Positions 1 through 11,113 of a DNA stretch of 64,000 nt are shown in pieces; positions within the stretch are counted from its first letter, which is position 1, and each line of letters starts with the position of its first letter. The notes beneath the pieces were generated by a model. It had not been told where the DNA came from. It saw only the letters and a list, made by a program, of their open reading frames with translations, and did no database searches. The stretch lies in contig OY970065.1 in NCBI GenBank assembly GCA_963705295.1, positions 1,056,001 through 1,120,000 on the forward strand. The letters run 5' to 3'. The DNA is from Parachlamydiales bacterium (GTDB taxonomy: Bacteria; Chlamydiota; Chlamydiia; Chlamydiales; Rhabdochlamydiaceae). The position numbers were made by a program, and so were the translations under genes.

Positions 1-2
1 AT

Positions 3-1121
3 TTTGATCTCGTCGTTTGGCAAACGGGCTCTGGGACTCAAACCAACATGAATGTCAATGAGGTGATCGCCAATCGGGCCAATGAAAAAGCCGGCTCACC
101 CCTCGGCTCCAAAACTCCGATCCATCCCAACGACCATGTCAATCTTTCCCAATCTTCCAACGATGTCTTTCCGACAGCCATGCATATCGCGACCTTCTCA
201 GCTATTGCGAAGAAACTCGTTCCAAATCTCCGTATCCTTTTAGGGGGATTTAAGAAGAAAACGGGGGAATTCAAAGACATTATCAAGGTAGGACGGACCC
301 ATCTCATGGATGCAGCCCCACTCACACTCGGGCAAGAATTTTCCGGCTATGCAGCCCAAATCGAAGGGGGGATCAAAGCCGTCGAAGCAACCCTTCCATT
401 TATCTCTGAACTGGCTCTTGGCGGGACCGCCGTCGGCACAGGCTTGAATTGTCCTAAAGGTTTTGCCGAGAGGGCTGCTCAGGTGATTTCCGACCTCACT
501 GGCTTTCATTTTGTGACAGCACCGAATAAATTTGCCGCTTTGGCTGCCCATGATCCGTTGGTTGCTGTTAGCGGGTGCCTCAAGATGCTCGCATGCGCTT
601 TCATGAAAATAGCGAACGATATCCGGTGGATGGCATCGGGTCCTCGGTGCGGCCTTGAAGAGATTTTTCTTCCAGAGAATGAACCTGGCTCATCGATCAT
701 GCCAGGCAAAGTCAATCCTACACAAAGCGAATCGATGACCATGGTGGCTGCCCAAGTGATGGGAAATGATGCCGCGATTAGTTTTGCCGATTCTCTCGGC
801 AATTTCGAACTGAATGTTTTCAAGCCCGTGATCATCTATAATCTCCTCCAATCGATCCGCCTTCTCTCCGATGTTGCCAAAAACTTCCATGACCGTTGTC
901 TCATCGGAATCAAACCCAATACCAAAAAACTTGCTGAATACCTGAATCACTCCTTCATGCTCGCGACTGCACTCAGCCCCGTCATCGGCTACGATAAAGC
1001 TGCTAAAATCGTCCAAAAAGCCCAAAAAGAGGGGATAACTCTGAAGCAAGCAGCTCTCAGCTTACGATATCTTACAGAAAAAGAGTTTGATGAAATTGTC
1101 GATCCCCGCAAAATGGTCTAA
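3..1121 (+). CDS. fumC: Class II fumarate hydratase, 5'-truncated by the window edge
   Basis: Frame is open from base 3 ([24 protein letters not shown]); contains the [11 protein letters not shown] signature, HPNDHVN and GRTHLMDA. Confidence 0.97.
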   Translation, partial: FDLVVWQTGSGTQTNMNVNEVIANRANEKAGSPLGSKTPIHPNDHVNLSQSSNDVFPTAMHIATFSAIAKKLVPNLRILLGGFKKKTGEFKDIIKVGRTHLMDAAPLTLGQEFSGYAAQIEGGIKAVEATLPFISELALGGTAVGTGLNCPKGFAERAAQVISDLTGFHFVTAPNKFAALAAHDPLVAVSGCLKMLACAFMKIANDIRWMASGPRCGLEEIFLPENEPGSSIMPGKVNPTQSESMTMVAAQVMGNDAAISFADSLGNFELNVFKPVIIYNLLQSIRLLSDVAKNFHDRCLIGIKPNTKKLAEYLNHSFMLATALSPVIGYDKAAKIVQKAQKEGITLKQAALSLRYLTEKEFDEIVDPRKMV

Positions 1122-1657
1122 GTATTGATATGAATACCCATTTTTGTCAGCAGGAAGCGTCCCACCAAAACGGGATGTTTCAAGAGCAGTTTCAGCAACG
1201 TCCGGTAGCCCACCCCTTCGATCTCTTTTTTCAGAATGTCGGTATGGTGTGCCACCGCATCGTTGATCCAATGCTCGTAGGGTGGAGGAAGATGTTTGGG
1301 AAGATGATCCAGGGAAAAAAAAGCGACATCGCGGGTCTCCGATCCTTTTGTCGGAGTTCCCCCGATTTTCTTCATTTCAAAGAAGTGGGTGAAGCGGGCC
1401 AATTTGTTTCGAGGGGTGTATTCAGCAACTTTCCGGATAATTTCAACCCGAATGCCGGTTTCTTCTTCCATTTCTCGACAAGCCGCCTCTTCCGGGGTTT
1501 CTCCAACCTCGATCCCTCCACCAGGAAGAACCCAAACAGGAATATCTCGTCTCTGAATCAGCAAAACACGACCTTCTTCAAACAGAATACAAGCAACCGA
1601 CATGACTAAAAAGCTTACCTTTCTTCTCTTTTTTTGCCTACTCACAGGATGTGACAA
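1118..1657 (-). CDS. NUDIX hydrolase (start may be the ATG at 1603)
   Basis: Nudix box [23 protein letters not shown]. Confidence 0.9.
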   Translation of the reverse strand: MSHPVSRQKKRRKVSFLVMSVACILFEEGRVLLIQRRDIPVWVLPGGGIEVGETPEEAACREMEEETGIRVEIIRKVAEYTPRNKLARFTHFFEMKKIGGTPTKGSETRDVAFFSLDHLPKHLPPPYEHWINDAVAHHTDILKKEIEGVGYRTLLKLLLKHPVLVGRFLLTKMGIHINT

Positions 1658-2036
1658 ATACTACATTTCTGCCCGGCAAATCCCCGTGACTAAAGATTAC
1701 TTGGCAAGCACCCATGTCAAAACCCCCGACCCGCGCCAAGCTTGCCCTCCTCACGGACAAAAAGTCATTTTAAGCTGGACAGTCCCTCGAAGAATATTGG
1801 CTAAAGACCCCCAAATCCTTTTTCATGTCATCTATAATAATCATACAGAAAAAACCTTCGTCTACCCCATCCGAACCCGGACCGGCACCGAAGTCTACTC
1901 TCTTCTCGATCATGAATTCAATGAAACCAAAGGCCTCCTAACCTACCGAGCCGACATCGTCACTCCCGATTGCGAAGTTTTCCGCTCCTGGAAGCACCAA
2001 CTCTGGGTCAAACTCATCACCTTAGAAAATTATTAG
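1602..2036 (+). CDS. Lipoprotein of unknown function
   Basis: Signal peptide [17 protein letters not shown] ending in lipobox LTGC. Confidence 0.75.
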   Translation: MTKKLTFLLFFCLLTGCDKYYISARQIPVTKDYLASTHVKTPDPRQACPPHGQKVILSWTVPRRILAKDPQILFHVIYNNHTEKTFVYPIRTRTGTEVYSLLDHEFNETKGLLTYRADIVTPDCEVFRSWKHQLWVKLITLENY

Positions 2037-2089
2037 GGAACCCCTTTATAATCAATAACTTGAAATAATTCCCTTGTTAAATTTTCAAC

Positions 2090-2130
2090 TACCTTGTAAA
2101 TTTGAAGTATAAGTTCAAAAATACAAGGTA
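2090..2130. promoter_or_regulatory. Operator-like inverted repeat directly upstream of the AAA ATPase gene
   Basis: taccttgta...tacaaggta with inner tttgaa/ttcaaa, ending 1 nt before the ATG at 2132. Confidence 0.5.
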
Positions 2131-2131
2131 T

Positions 2132-3256
2132 ATGAAAAGACCAAAATATCTAAAAGAAATAACTGCTCATTTTAGAGTCCATTCGGTCTGTGCTATTTTA
2201 GGCCCCAGGCAAGTCGGTAAAACGACACTAGCAAAGATGTTTATCGAAGATAAGGAAAATGTTCATTATTTTGATTTGGAAAATCCTCTAGATTTAGCAC
2301 GACTTGAAAATCCTATGTTATCACTTTCTAAATTCACTGATTCCCTTGTCGTTATTGATGAGATTCAGAGAAGACCAGAATTGTTTCCCATTCTTAGGGT
2401 TTTGGTTGATGAGACAAATACAAACAGAAAATTCCTAATTTTAGGAAGTGCTTCAAGAGATTTGATCAAGCAATCGTCAGAAACTCTAGCCGGTCGTATA
2501 GGATATATTGAACTAATGCCTTTTTCTCTGGATGAAGTTGCTGATCAAGAAGCATTGTTTTTACGGGGAGGATTCCCTCTTTCATATCTTGCGATAACAG
2601 ATGATGATAGTTTTCTTTGGCGACAAACCTATATTACGACTTTTTTAGAGAGAGACATTCCAAATTTAGGATTTCAAATTCCATCAGAACAGATGCGTCG
2701 TTTCTGGCTTATGTTGGCCCATTATCACGGTCAAATATTTAATGGTTCAGAAATCGGAAAATCGCTCGGCATTTCAAGTCATACTGTCCGTAAATATCTA
2801 GATATTTTGTCAGGCACATTTATGATCCGTCAACTCACACCTTGGTTTGAAAATTTAAAAAAAAGACAGATTAAGTCTCCAAAGATTTATTTCCGAGATA
2901 GTGGAATTTTACATGCACTTCTCGGAATAAGAGATAAATCACAGCTCAATATTTATCCAAAACTTGGATCATTTTGGGAGGGATTTGCATTGGAAGAAGT
3001 GATTCGTAAATTACATGCCCCGATAGAGCAATGTTATTTTTGGGGAACGCAATCGGGTGCAGAGCTAGATCTTCTGATTTTGGAAAATGGAAAACGGATA
3101 GGTTACGAATTTAAATATACTGACAGTCCGAAAATCTCAGCTTCTATGCAGATAGCAAGCCATGACTTACACCTAGATCACCTCTATGTTATTTATCCAG
3201 GAACCCACACTTTCCCGTTAGCATCTCACATCACTGCACAAGGTTTATTAACATAA
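2132..3256 (+). CDS. AAA+ ATPase with DUF4143-type C-terminal domain
   Basis: Walker A GPRQVGKT, Walker B VVIDEIQ, GSAS, SPKIYFRDSG, C-terminal ELDL...EFK nuclease-like motif; ATG 2132 preferred over TTG 2102. Confidence 0.88.
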   Translation: MKRPKYLKEITAHFRVHSVCAILGPRQVGKTTLAKMFIEDKENVHYFDLENPLDLARLENPMLSLSKFTDSLVVIDEIQRRPELFPILRVLVDETNTNRKFLILGSASRDLIKQSSETLAGRIGYIELMPFSLDEVADQEALFLRGGFPLSYLAITDDDSFLWRQTYITTFLERDIPNLGFQIPSEQMRRFWLMLAHYHGQIFNGSEIGKSLGISSHTVRKYLDILSGTFMIRQLTPWFENLKKRQIKSPKIYFRDSGILHALLGIRDKSQLNIYPKLGSFWEGFALEEVIRKLHAPIEQCYFWGTQSGAELDLLILENGKRIGYEFKYTDSPKISASMQIASHDLHLDHLYVIYPGTHTFPLASHITAQGLLT

Positions 3257-4261
3257 CTATTTAAGGGAAGGTTTAGAGGCAGACAGAATTAATGATTCAG
3301 TTTCAGGCCAGCTGAGGCAAGGATCGGTCACAGAGACGGCATATTTCAGCGCTGAAGGGCTTTCTGAGAGGTATTGCGACCCTTCTTCTAAATGACTCTC
3401 GAGCATCATTCCCAAAATTTTGTGATTTCCATGTTCAAATTGTTCCATCACAGAGTGGAAAACTTGGCTCTGCCGCGTGTACTCTTTTTGGCAATTTCCA
3501 TGCGAACAATCAATTAAAATCCTATTCTTTAATCCGTGAATATCCATGTTTTCGACGGTTTCTGTAACGGTTGTCGTATCATAATTGGAGCTGGAGCGAG
3601 AGCCGCGTAGGACCACATGTGTATGGGGGTTTCCATTGCTCTCAACAATAGAAATATATCCATCCTCATTGATGTGGGGAAACCGATGAGGCATCCGAGA
3701 AGCAACCATTGCATGGATCGCTTGCTCGATATTTCCATCAGGACTGTTTTTAAAACCGACGGGGCAGGCAAGATGAGATGCCATTTCTCGGTGAGGTTGA
3801 GAAGCCGATGTCCTGGCTCCGATAAAACCCCAGGAGACCAAATCTTGGATATAAGGGACAAATAAAGGATTGAGAAATTCAGTCGCAATGGGGATGCCCA
3901 AATCTGTAAGAGTTAAAAAGAGTTCGCGGGCCCAAAAGATTCCCGTTTGCAGATCGTTCGATCCATCGAGGTGGGGATCATAGGCAAGCCCTTTCCAGCC
4001 CGCAACCGTTCGAGGTTTTTCAATATAGACCCGCATCACACAGAAACAGTTGGAGGCAACTTCTTCGGAAAGAGCTCTAAATCGCCTGGCATATTCTAAT
4101 GCAGCCGACAAATCATGGATCGAGCAGGGGCCTAAAATAATCGCTAGGCGACTGTCATGGCCTGTGATTAAATCACGGATGATCTCCCGATTTTTTTGAA
4201 TGAAATTATTTTGTTTCCCGGTCGCCGGAAGTTTCTCTTTAATTTTTTTTGGAGAAAGCAT
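3257..4261 (-). CDS. 3-deoxy-7-phosphoheptulonate (DAHP) synthase, AroF/G/H type
   Basis: GPCSIHD, RVYIEKPRTVAGWKG, IGARTS, VGFKN, IDCSHGN, SVTDPCLSW. Confidence 0.93.
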   Translation of the reverse strand: MLSPKKIKEKLPATGKQNNFIQKNREIIRDLITGHDSRLAIILGPCSIHDLSAALEYARRFRALSEEVASNCFCVMRVYIEKPRTVAGWKGLAYDPHLDGSNDLQTGIFWARELFLTLTDLGIPIATEFLNPLFVPYIQDLVSWGFIGARTSASQPHREMASHLACPVGFKNSPDGNIEQAIHAMVASRMPHRFPHINEDGYISIVESNGNPHTHVVLRGSRSSSNYDTTTVTETVENMDIHGLKNRILIDCSHGNCQKEYTRQSQVFHSVMEQFEHGNHKILGMMLESHLEEGSQYLSESPSALKYAVSVTDPCLSWPETESLILSASKPSLK

Positions 4262-4431
4262 CAATCGGATTTCCCACCATCATTACCATGTTCTACACCG
4301 TGATGTTCCGATCCGCTTCCCTCACGGTGTTCTGTGTATCTTCTCCCATGTTCATCCCACCGTTCGTAATCATGGTCGTGATCACATGCAGAAAGTAAAA
4401 ACAGACCGAGCAGGACAACTTTTTTATTCAT
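4261..4431 (-). CDS. Small His/acidic-rich lipoprotein, 56 aa (not in the ORF track)
   Basis: Manual translation MNKKVVLLGLFLLSACDHDHDYERWDEHGRRYTEHREGSGSEHHGVEHGNDGGKSD*; lipobox LSAC; TGA overlaps the DAHP synthase ATG (TGATG). Confidence 0.7.
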   Translation of the reverse strand: MNKKVVLLGLFLLSACDHDHDYERWDEHGRRYTEHREGSGSEHHGVEHGNDGGKSD

Positions 4432-4452
4432 AAAACTACTTCTTTCTCCAAG

Positions 4453-4616
4453 TTATTAACGGGGCTGGTAAACAAGTGACAACCTGCTTGCTGCGGCTTC
4501 GCCATATCGATTCTCGCTCGGAATCCTTCGTATTCAAGAATGTTATTCCTCGCGAGAATCAATCTGGCTTTGCCTCGCAGCGCATCTTGTCACTTGTTTA
4601 CCAGCCCCATTAATAA
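4453..4616. mobile_element. Palindromic MITE/RPE-like element, family A, copy 1
   Basis: Arms ttattaacggggctggtaaacaagtgacaa / ttgtcacttgtttaccagccccattaataa around a ~100-bp core shared with the other copies. Confidence 0.85.
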
Positions 4617-4624
4617 TGGAATAA

Positions 4625-7369
4625 TTACAGCTTTTCAAGTTTTTTCGAGATTTCATAGAGTTGTTTATCGGCATGGTCTACAGAGAGTTGGAGTTTTTTG
4701 ATCAGTTGCTCAGGCGCTTTTAACATAAAGTCGGGATTTCCTAATTTAAGCCTTGCTCCTTGCTGCTGCTCGAGCAGACTCTCTCGTTCCTTCACAAGAC
4801 GGATTTTCTCTTTTTCGCGCATCTCTAAGGGGAGGGGAATGATAATTTTAAGATCATCCACCAGGGCTGTTGAAGCAAAAGGAACATTTTCTTCTCCCCA
4901 TATAATCTCATCGATCCGAACCAAAGCTTTTAAGACAGCTTGGTGTTTTTTCACAAAACGGAGCCGTTTTTCAGGTCCTACGAGATGGAGAGATGTTGCC
5001 ATCCCGAGGGGCACTTGCATTTCTGCTCGAATATTGCGAATCGCATGGACGATTTGGTCCATCGCGGCAAATTCTTCTTCAATCTCTGAGTTGATGTCGA
5101 TTTCTCGAATCACTTTCGGGTAGGGTGCGACGATGCAGGCGGGAGATTGCAGAGCTTCGATGGTCTCTTGGGTATAGGGGTCACGGAGATTGGACGGTTT
5201 TCCAAATCGACTCTTCAAGAGTTGGAACAGCTCTTCGGTGATGAAGGGTGCCATTGGATGTAAAAGACGGATCGCATTGGAGAGAACGACCAGCAAGATC
5301 TTCTGTTTATTTTTCTTTTCTTCTGGTGTTCCTGCTTTTCCAAATAAAACCGGTTTGGTGAGTTCGAGATAGTAGGCACAAAATTCCTTCCAGAAAAAAT
5401 CGTAAGCCCCGAGAGCTGCTTTATCAAAACTATACATCATCAAAGATCCATTCACCTCTTCGATGATCCTGTTGAGCCTCGACAAAATCCATTTATCCTC
5501 TAAAGTAAGGAGTTTTTCATCGATGCCTGCATCGAGTTCTAAATTTTCTAGGTGGAGAAAAACAAAGCGGGCTCCGTTCCATACCTTGTTGGCAAAATTT
5601 TTAAACTCTTCAAATTTTCTTTGATCCAAATCGATTTGACGTGCTTGCGTCGTCGAGGCAGTCAGCGCCATCCGCATGGCATCCGCACCGTACGCATCGA
5701 TAATTTCGAGAGGATCGATGATGTTCCCTTTCGATTTCGACATTTTTTCCCACCGGCTGTGGATCTCAGGCGGAAGCGGCTTTCCGAGGTCGGGAGATAC
5801 ATAGACGATCGATCCATCTTCTTGATATCTCCAGTACGATTTTCCGAAAATAAGGCCATGCAGAAAAACTTCATGGAAAGGGGGCTCCTTCAAAGCATAG
5901 TCTCCCATCATCATCATTCGGGCGACCCAGAAGAATAAAATATCATGTCCTGTCACCAAAACAGATGTTGGATAAAACTTTTTCAGATCGGGTGTATTTT
6001 CAGGCCATCCAAACACACTAAACGGCCACAGCGCCGAAGAAAACCACGTATCGAGAACATCCGGGTCTTGTATCCAATCAGGACCGGGATCGCCCTCAGC
6101 AAGGCATACCACTTTATCATCTTTGTACCAGATCGGAATCTGATGCCCCCACCAAAGCTGCCTGGAGATGCACCAGTCACGCAGATGGTGGATCCAGGGG
6201 AAATACGAATTTTCGTACGATTCAGGGATCAATTTGACTTCCTTAGATTGAACCATTTCGATCAGCCGATTTTTGAAGGCCGTCATTTTCACAAACCATT
6301 GTTTCGACAAATATGGTTCGATAACCGCTTTCGATCGATACGAGACACCGACCCGGTTTTGATATTTTTCGGTTTTTTCAAGAAGTCCCAGCTTTTTCAA
6401 TCTTTCTGTAATGGCGATTCTGGCTTCTTCCATCGTCAAACCTTGAAATTCGCCCTCTTTGATTCTCCCATCGGGTGTCATGATATTGATTAGAGGAAGC
6501 CCATGCCTCTCGGCCATGGCATAATCGTCGGCATCATGGGCAGGGGTTATTTTCACAACACCCGTTCCAAACTTAGGGTCGATAAAGGCATCCCCGATAA
6601 TCGGAACTTTTCGATTCACAATCGGAATGATCACTTGGCTGCCGATAAAGGTTTGATACCGGATGTCTTCCGGTGAAACAGCCACGGCCGTGTCGCCCAG
6701 CATCGTTTCAGGACGGACCGTCGCAATAACCAGATATTTGTCCGAATCGACTAAAGGATACCGAACATAATACAGTGTCGATTCTCTTTCTTCATATTCG
6801 ACTTCATCATCGGCAAGAGCAGTCTGCGTGACAGGATCCCAATTGACCAGATAATCACCCCGATAAATCAGCCCCTCATCGAACATCTTCTTGAACATCG
6901 TCCGGACCGCTCTCGACCGTGTTTCATCCATCGTAAACGCCAGCCTCTCCCAATCACAAGAGCAACCGACTTTTTTAATCTGATTGATGATCTGCTGCTC
7001 ACTCTCAATCTTCCATTTCCAAACATGTTCAATAAATTCTTCCCTAGAAAAATCCGTTCTCCGTTTCCCACTCTTTAACAAGTGCCGCTCCACAACCGTC
7101 TGCGTCGCAATCCCCGCATGATCGGTCCCCGGCACCCAGAGCGCCTCATACCCACACATCCGCTTCCACCGGATCAAAATATCTTGCAACGTATCCACCA
7201 GGGCATGCCCCATATGCAAAACCCCCGTCACATTCGGTGGCGGAATCACAATCGTAAAAGGTTTTTTTGATGAGTTGGCATCGGCCTTAAAAAATCCATT
7301 TTCCTCCCAAAAAAGATACCACTTTTCTTCAACTTCTTTCGGGTTAAAAGCCTTCGGGATTTCATTCAT
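4625..7369 (-). CDS. valS: Valine--tRNA ligase
   Basis: [39 protein letters not shown]. Confidence 0.98.
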   Translation of the reverse strand: MNEIPKAFNPKEVEEKWYLFWEENGFFKADANSSKKPFTIVIPPPNVTGVLHMGHALVDTLQDILIRWKRMCGYEALWVPGTDHAGIATQTVVERHLLKSGKRRTDFSREEFIEHVWKWKIESEQQIINQIKKVGCSCDWERLAFTMDETRSRAVRTMFKKMFDEGLIYRGDYLVNWDPVTQTALADDEVEYEERESTLYYVRYPLVDSDKYLVIATVRPETMLGDTAVAVSPEDIRYQTFIGSQVIIPIVNRKVPIIGDAFIDPKFGTGVVKITPAHDADDYAMAERHGLPLINIMTPDGRIKEGEFQGLTMEEARIAITERLKKLGLLEKTEKYQNRVGVSYRSKAVIEPYLSKQWFVKMTAFKNRLIEMVQSKEVKLIPESYENSYFPWIHHLRDWCISRQLWWGHQIPIWYKDDKVVCLAEGDPGPDWIQDPDVLDTWFSSALWPFSVFGWPENTPDLKKFYPTSVLVTGHDILFFWVARMMMMGDYALKEPPFHEVFLHGLIFGKSYWRYQEDGSIVYVSPDLGKPLPPEIHSRWEKMSKSKGNIIDPLEIIDAYGADAMRMALTASTTQARQIDLDQRKFEEFKNFANKVWNGARFVFLHLENLELDAGIDEKLLTLEDKWILSRLNRIIEEVNGSLMMYSFDKAALGAYDFFWKEFCAYYLELTKPVLFGKAGTPEEKKNKQKILLVVLSNAIRLLHPMAPFITEELFQLLKSRFGKPSNLRDPYTQETIEALQSPACIVAPYPKVIREIDINSEIEEEFAAMDQIVHAIRNIRAEMQVPLGMATSLHLVGPEKRLRFVKKHQAVLKALVRIDEIIWGEENVPFASTALVDDLKIIIPLPLEMREKEKIRLVKERESLLEQQQGARLKLGNPDFMLKAPEQLIKKLQLSVDHADKQLYEISKKLEKL

Positions 7370-7378
7370 AGGGAAAGT

Positions 7379-8599
7379 ATGTTAAATCTTTCTTCTTTTA
7401 TGAGTCCAATATTTCCGAAACATCTCTACATCTATGAAGAATTGGTCCGTCGTATCAAGCCGAAGAGAAGGGCCATTTTAGAGACTGTGATGACGCGGCT
7501 CGGGGATAAGCACCGGTGTATCTCAGCTTTGGTAGGCGCTTTAGACAGGGGAGATTGGGATGCAGAAATTCTAGAAAATGATGAGTGTCCCTATTATGCC
7601 TTGGAAGCCGTTCGTGTTGGGGAACTCGGAGTGAAAGAGTTTGCGACGTATCAAGTTTTCTGGCAGATGCACCAGTCCCACTGGAATAAAAGTTCTATTG
7701 AACGAGTACCGCTATTCCAAGCAGACGGTTCGATCCACCCCACGGCCCGAGCTGCCATTCGGCATACCATGCGTTTGGTGAATCACAAGATCTACTTGCT
7801 CACGGATCAACAAATCAATCTTTTATTCGAAAGGATGAGAAGGTGGCCAAAATGTCACCAGGTTATTTGGATCGTTCCTGATATCCAAGGAAACTCTTCT
7901 CTCACCATCAGCAAAGCGATCCATGATCAAACCAACCTGAATGTGTTTTCCCGCCTTCCAGGATGTAAAAGAATGATCGTGCCTCCGTATCTTGTTCAAA
8001 CATATTTATATCTAAAATATGGAGTTAATGCAGTCGAAATGAATTTTGTCCTCGGTAAATCTTCTGCTGAAGATATTCTGAGCAACGGTTTGCATGCAAA
8101 AAGAGATGTCGCTCTTCCACATCCGGGCGTACCCCTGCCAAAAACAGCTCATGGTTTTGAAGCTCCAGGGCTCGATTACACGATCCATGATGAGTACCAT
8201 ACTGAAATGGGATCGACAGCCCCATTTTTCATTCGGATTCTCTATATTCGAGTCGCCCGTGTCGCTGCAAAGTATTTCAATCAAGTTCATCCCAGGACGC
8301 GAGAGCAGTTAAAAAATCTATATAACGAGTGTATCGATATGGAACTCACCCAATTTAGATACGAGAAAAGGGACGGTGAATCACTCAATACTCTTTTTTG
8401 GATGCAGCTTTCTCGGCATCAACCCATCATCCAATGGACCGATGGTGATCTTAAAACTGCATTCTATAGGGACATCGTCGAGGCCCTATACACCCCCGAG
8501 ATACGCGACGGGCCTGAAGAAGCCTTTTTTGAATGCCAAGATGAGTGGGGTGATGACGAAAACATCCTAAAAGGGATCCTCGATCATTGGAGATATTAA
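7379..8599 (+). CDS. Hypothetical effector-like protein, HDxYH family paralog 1
   Basis: Aligns by eye with 12142-13320 and 21117-22418; HDEYH and CIDME motifs. Confidence 0.75.
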   Translation: MLNLSSFMSPIFPKHLYIYEELVRRIKPKRRAILETVMTRLGDKHRCISALVGALDRGDWDAEILENDECPYYALEAVRVGELGVKEFATYQVFWQMHQSHWNKSSIERVPLFQADGSIHPTARAAIRHTMRLVNHKIYLLTDQQINLLFERMRRWPKCHQVIWIVPDIQGNSSLTISKAIHDQTNLNVFSRLPGCKRMIVPPYLVQTYLYLKYGVNAVEMNFVLGKSSAEDILSNGLHAKRDVALPHPGVPLPKTAHGFEAPGLDYTIHDEYHTEMGSTAPFFIRILYIRVARVAAKYFNQVHPRTREQLKNLYNECIDMELTQFRYEKRDGESLNTLFWMQLSRHQPIIQWTDGDLKTAFYRDIVEALYTPEIRDGPEEAFFECQDEWGDDENILKGILDHWRY

Positions 8600-8756
8600 C
8601 AGGGAACTAAAAAAGATGACAAATAGCTTGCTGCGGCTTCGCCATATCGATTCTCGCTCGGAATCCTTCGTATTCAAGAATGTTATTCCTCGCGAGAATC
8701 AATCTGGCTTTGCCTCGCTAGCGCTCTTTGTCATCTTTTTTAGTTCCCTGTTAATA
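8594..8756. mobile_element. Palindromic element family A, copy 2, between convergent genes
   Basis: Arms tattaacagggaactaaaaaagatgacaaa / tttgtcatcttttttagttccctgttaata around the shared core. Confidence 0.85.
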
Positions 8757-10092
8757 ATTGCCAGACGGTAGCCCTTCCTTTTCCTCGCGAACGGAGCATC
8801 CCTTTTTTCTTTAGCTGAGCAAGGTCGTACCGAAGCATTCTTTCAGAAATGGGTGGTATCAACTTTGAAAAGATCTCACGAAAAGGGAGAATTTTGTTTT
8901 TATCAAACAGAGAAAGAATATTTTTTTCCCTTTCTGTCAATTCAACCGGACCTCTTTCTTGAAATGTTAGTGAGGTTTTAGCATGGGAAAAGAATGTAAC
9001 CCTCAGAGATGTTCCTAATTCTTGCCACCTGGGTTCTGGATATCCCCCTATCCGGCATGTTTCAGTGATCCGTTTATAGCCGCTTCCCCACTCTTCCATC
9101 AATTTTAATGCATGAAAGACCCTAGCAATAACACGGTTTCTTACCCTGCTTACACCCGCCTTAAAATCTTCCATTGTAAAACCAAAAGGGAGCTGTCCTG
9201 GATTTTGTATTTCTAATCGATTCTCAAAAATACCAATTTGAATATGCGATCCTTTAATCGAATAGTCAGCATGAGCCAAGGCATTGATCAAGGCTTCTCT
9301 GATGGCTAAGGGGGGATATTCAGGGATGTCTTTTCGCCTTATTTCTTGAAAATTTGCCGCAAGTCGTGTGTTTCTGGAAATGAACTTGGGTACTTCATCC
9401 ACCGCATCTAAAATTGTGCCTTCAATCTCAAATCGATCTAGAATATCTGTTTTATCTTCCGTCAAAAAACGGGCGCAACTCACTCTGGCATCGGGAAGAA
9501 GTTGGTTCCGGTATTCCTTTTTTCCAAAAAGAATAAGTCCACCAATCGATGGAACGAATTTTCCATTATAAGGGACAAGAATTCCAAGAGAACGAAGCTT
9601 TGCATCGTCTATCATCAAGGGAATGTCCAATGCATCTTTTTTCAATTCTGGTAGAGGCTGTTGGTCGAAGGAATGAGTTAAAACAGAACGCTGCAACTCG
9701 GCTAAAAGTTCAGGATCAGCGGGGCGACTTGTCGACCCTAAACGGACATAGACACCGTTTGGCACTCCCTCCTTTTTGAGATAAAAGGGGGCTTTCCAGT
9801 GCGAAACCTTCACCACAAGAAGATCTTTTCCTTGAATCGTTGCGATTTCAATTTCTGGTAAGATCGTGGGTCGAATGTTATCTGCAATGGAATTAGCGAG
9901 AGCTTCTTCTGCCTTGAAAATGTCTTTAATCCCTACGATTTCTCCATCAGAAGATCTTCCGATGATAAGAGTTCCGCCGGCGGTATTTGCAAAGGCGATC
10001 ACTGTTTTCAAAATGGGTTCAAAATGCGATAAGTCTCTCTTGAATTCCAATGTCTTTGATTCGGCTCGGTACAATAACTCTTCGATTTCCAT
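8740..10092 (-). CDS. AlbA_2/Schlafen-like domain + RecG-C-like HATPase + C-terminal wHTH protein
   Basis: ESKTLEFK, AFANTAGGTLIIG, REALINALAHADY, NPGQLP, EEWGSG, C-terminal RYDLAQL...GKGRATVW. Confidence 0.85.
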   Translation of the reverse strand: MEIEELLYRAESKTLEFKRDLSHFEPILKTVIAFANTAGGTLIIGRSSDGEIVGIKDIFKAEEALANSIADNIRPTILPEIEIATIQGKDLLVVKVSHWKAPFYLKKEGVPNGVYVRLGSTSRPADPELLAELQRSVLTHSFDQQPLPELKKDALDIPLMIDDAKLRSLGILVPYNGKFVPSIGGLILFGKKEYRNQLLPDARVSCARFLTEDKTDILDRFEIEGTILDAVDEVPKFISRNTRLAANFQEIRRKDIPEYPPLAIREALINALAHADYSIKGSHIQIGIFENRLEIQNPGQLPFGFTMEDFKAGVSRVRNRVIARVFHALKLMEEWGSGYKRITETCRIGGYPEPRWQELGTSLRVTFFSHAKTSLTFQERGPVELTEREKNILSLFDKNKILPFREIFSKLIPPISERMLRYDLAQLKKKGMLRSRGKGRATVWQLLTGN

Positions 10093-10107
10093 ACCTTGAT
10101 TTTGCCA

Positions 10108-10144
10108 AATCCTGCAAAATCCTGCAACGAAATATTGCAGGATT
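10108..10144. promoter_or_regulatory. Operator-like direct and inverted repeats upstream of the AlbA_2 gene
   Basis: aatcctgcaa twice, followed by the inverted copy ttgcaggatt. Confidence 0.5.
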
Positions 10145-10181
10145 CCTTAAACACTTTATCTATAAAGAGTTAAAACTGCAA

Positions 10182-11081
10182 TTATGGGCGAGTTAATCGT
10201 AAAAGAAGATTGAAAGGGGTATATTCTCGATAGTCTGCATTGCCTATTTCTTCTATCTTATCGACGGTTCGTAGGAGATAATATTCAAGAAAAGAACAAT
10301 ACCCTTGATCGAGAAGGAAATATGCTGCCTGATAATCATGTCTATCAAGAGCCCGAAGGATGGGATGAGTAGAATCGATCCAGGGGGAATCCCCGACTCT
10401 AATATCAAGTTTCTTAACTTCTAATTTATGATCTAATAGCCAGCGAAGCACTCTCAAATTGACAAATCGATTTTCATGTGGATTGGAATTTCTTATAAGA
10501 TAGTCCAGGATTGTTTCTCCCTGGGCATTTCGATTATTCACATTGTGGAGACGATCATAGCACAGTTGCATCGCAGGAATGTCTCCTCTAAGAGCTGATT
10601 CAAAGAAAACTTCGATGACATCTTCCCCCTTCGAGTCAAAACGGAGTAGTATATCTAAAGCTGCATGGTGACTTTTTTGAGCAGCATCTTGAAGAAAAGA
10701 TTTCTTTTCTGCAGGCGATGCACTTAAGAGAAGATGGGTATAGACTTTGTCACAATCCAGTTCAACGGCTCGATAGAACCGATTTTCTGAAAGAAAAAGT
10801 TCTTTGCTTAATTGATCATAGAGCGATGCCCAACTTTGGCCATCATCCGGTTTTAGAGTGGAACTATAATCTCTTCTAATAATCGTTTCGCAGCTTTGAT
10901 ACTGAACTCTTGGTGCTGATTCCTCTGGAGAATGATGAATGGGAGAGGGAGGGACAGGGTTTGTTAATTCCCTTGGAAATTCCCCGTGATCGATTACGTA
11001 TGCGCCTCTTTCCTGGGGATTTTCTTGTCTACCTAGGTAATACCTTAATCCGCCTACTATTCTTGAAGCATAACTAGCCAT
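10182..11081 (-). CDS. Ankyrin-repeat effector-like protein
   Basis: NNRNAQGETILDYL and other ankyrin-like helical units; paralog of the neighbouring gene. Confidence 0.7.
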   Translation of the reverse strand: MASYASRIVGGLRYYLGRQENPQERGAYVIDHGEFPRELTNPVPPSPIHHSPEESAPRVQYQSCETIIRRDYSSTLKPDDGQSWASLYDQLSKELFLSENRFYRAVELDCDKVYTHLLLSASPAEKKSFLQDAAQKSHHAALDILLRFDSKGEDVIEVFFESALRGDIPAMQLCYDRLHNVNNRNAQGETILDYLIRNSNPHENRFVNLRVLRWLLDHKLEVKKLDIRVGDSPWIDSTHPILRALDRHDYQAAYFLLDQGYCSFLEYYLLRTVDKIEEIGNADYREYTPFNLLLRLTRP

Positions 11082-11113
11082 TTTAAACCTCTATTAGTTG
11101 TATTAATAATATA

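Noticed and set aside
4200..4433. 77-aa plus-strand ORF
   Set aside because: The minus-strand 56-aa ORF has a lipobox and a coupled stop/start, so it is the better call
4453..4616. Family A element as a tRNA, T-box or riboswitch
   Set aside because: It lies downstream of valS, occurs at unrelated loci in both orientations and inside a CDS, and has no cloverleaf
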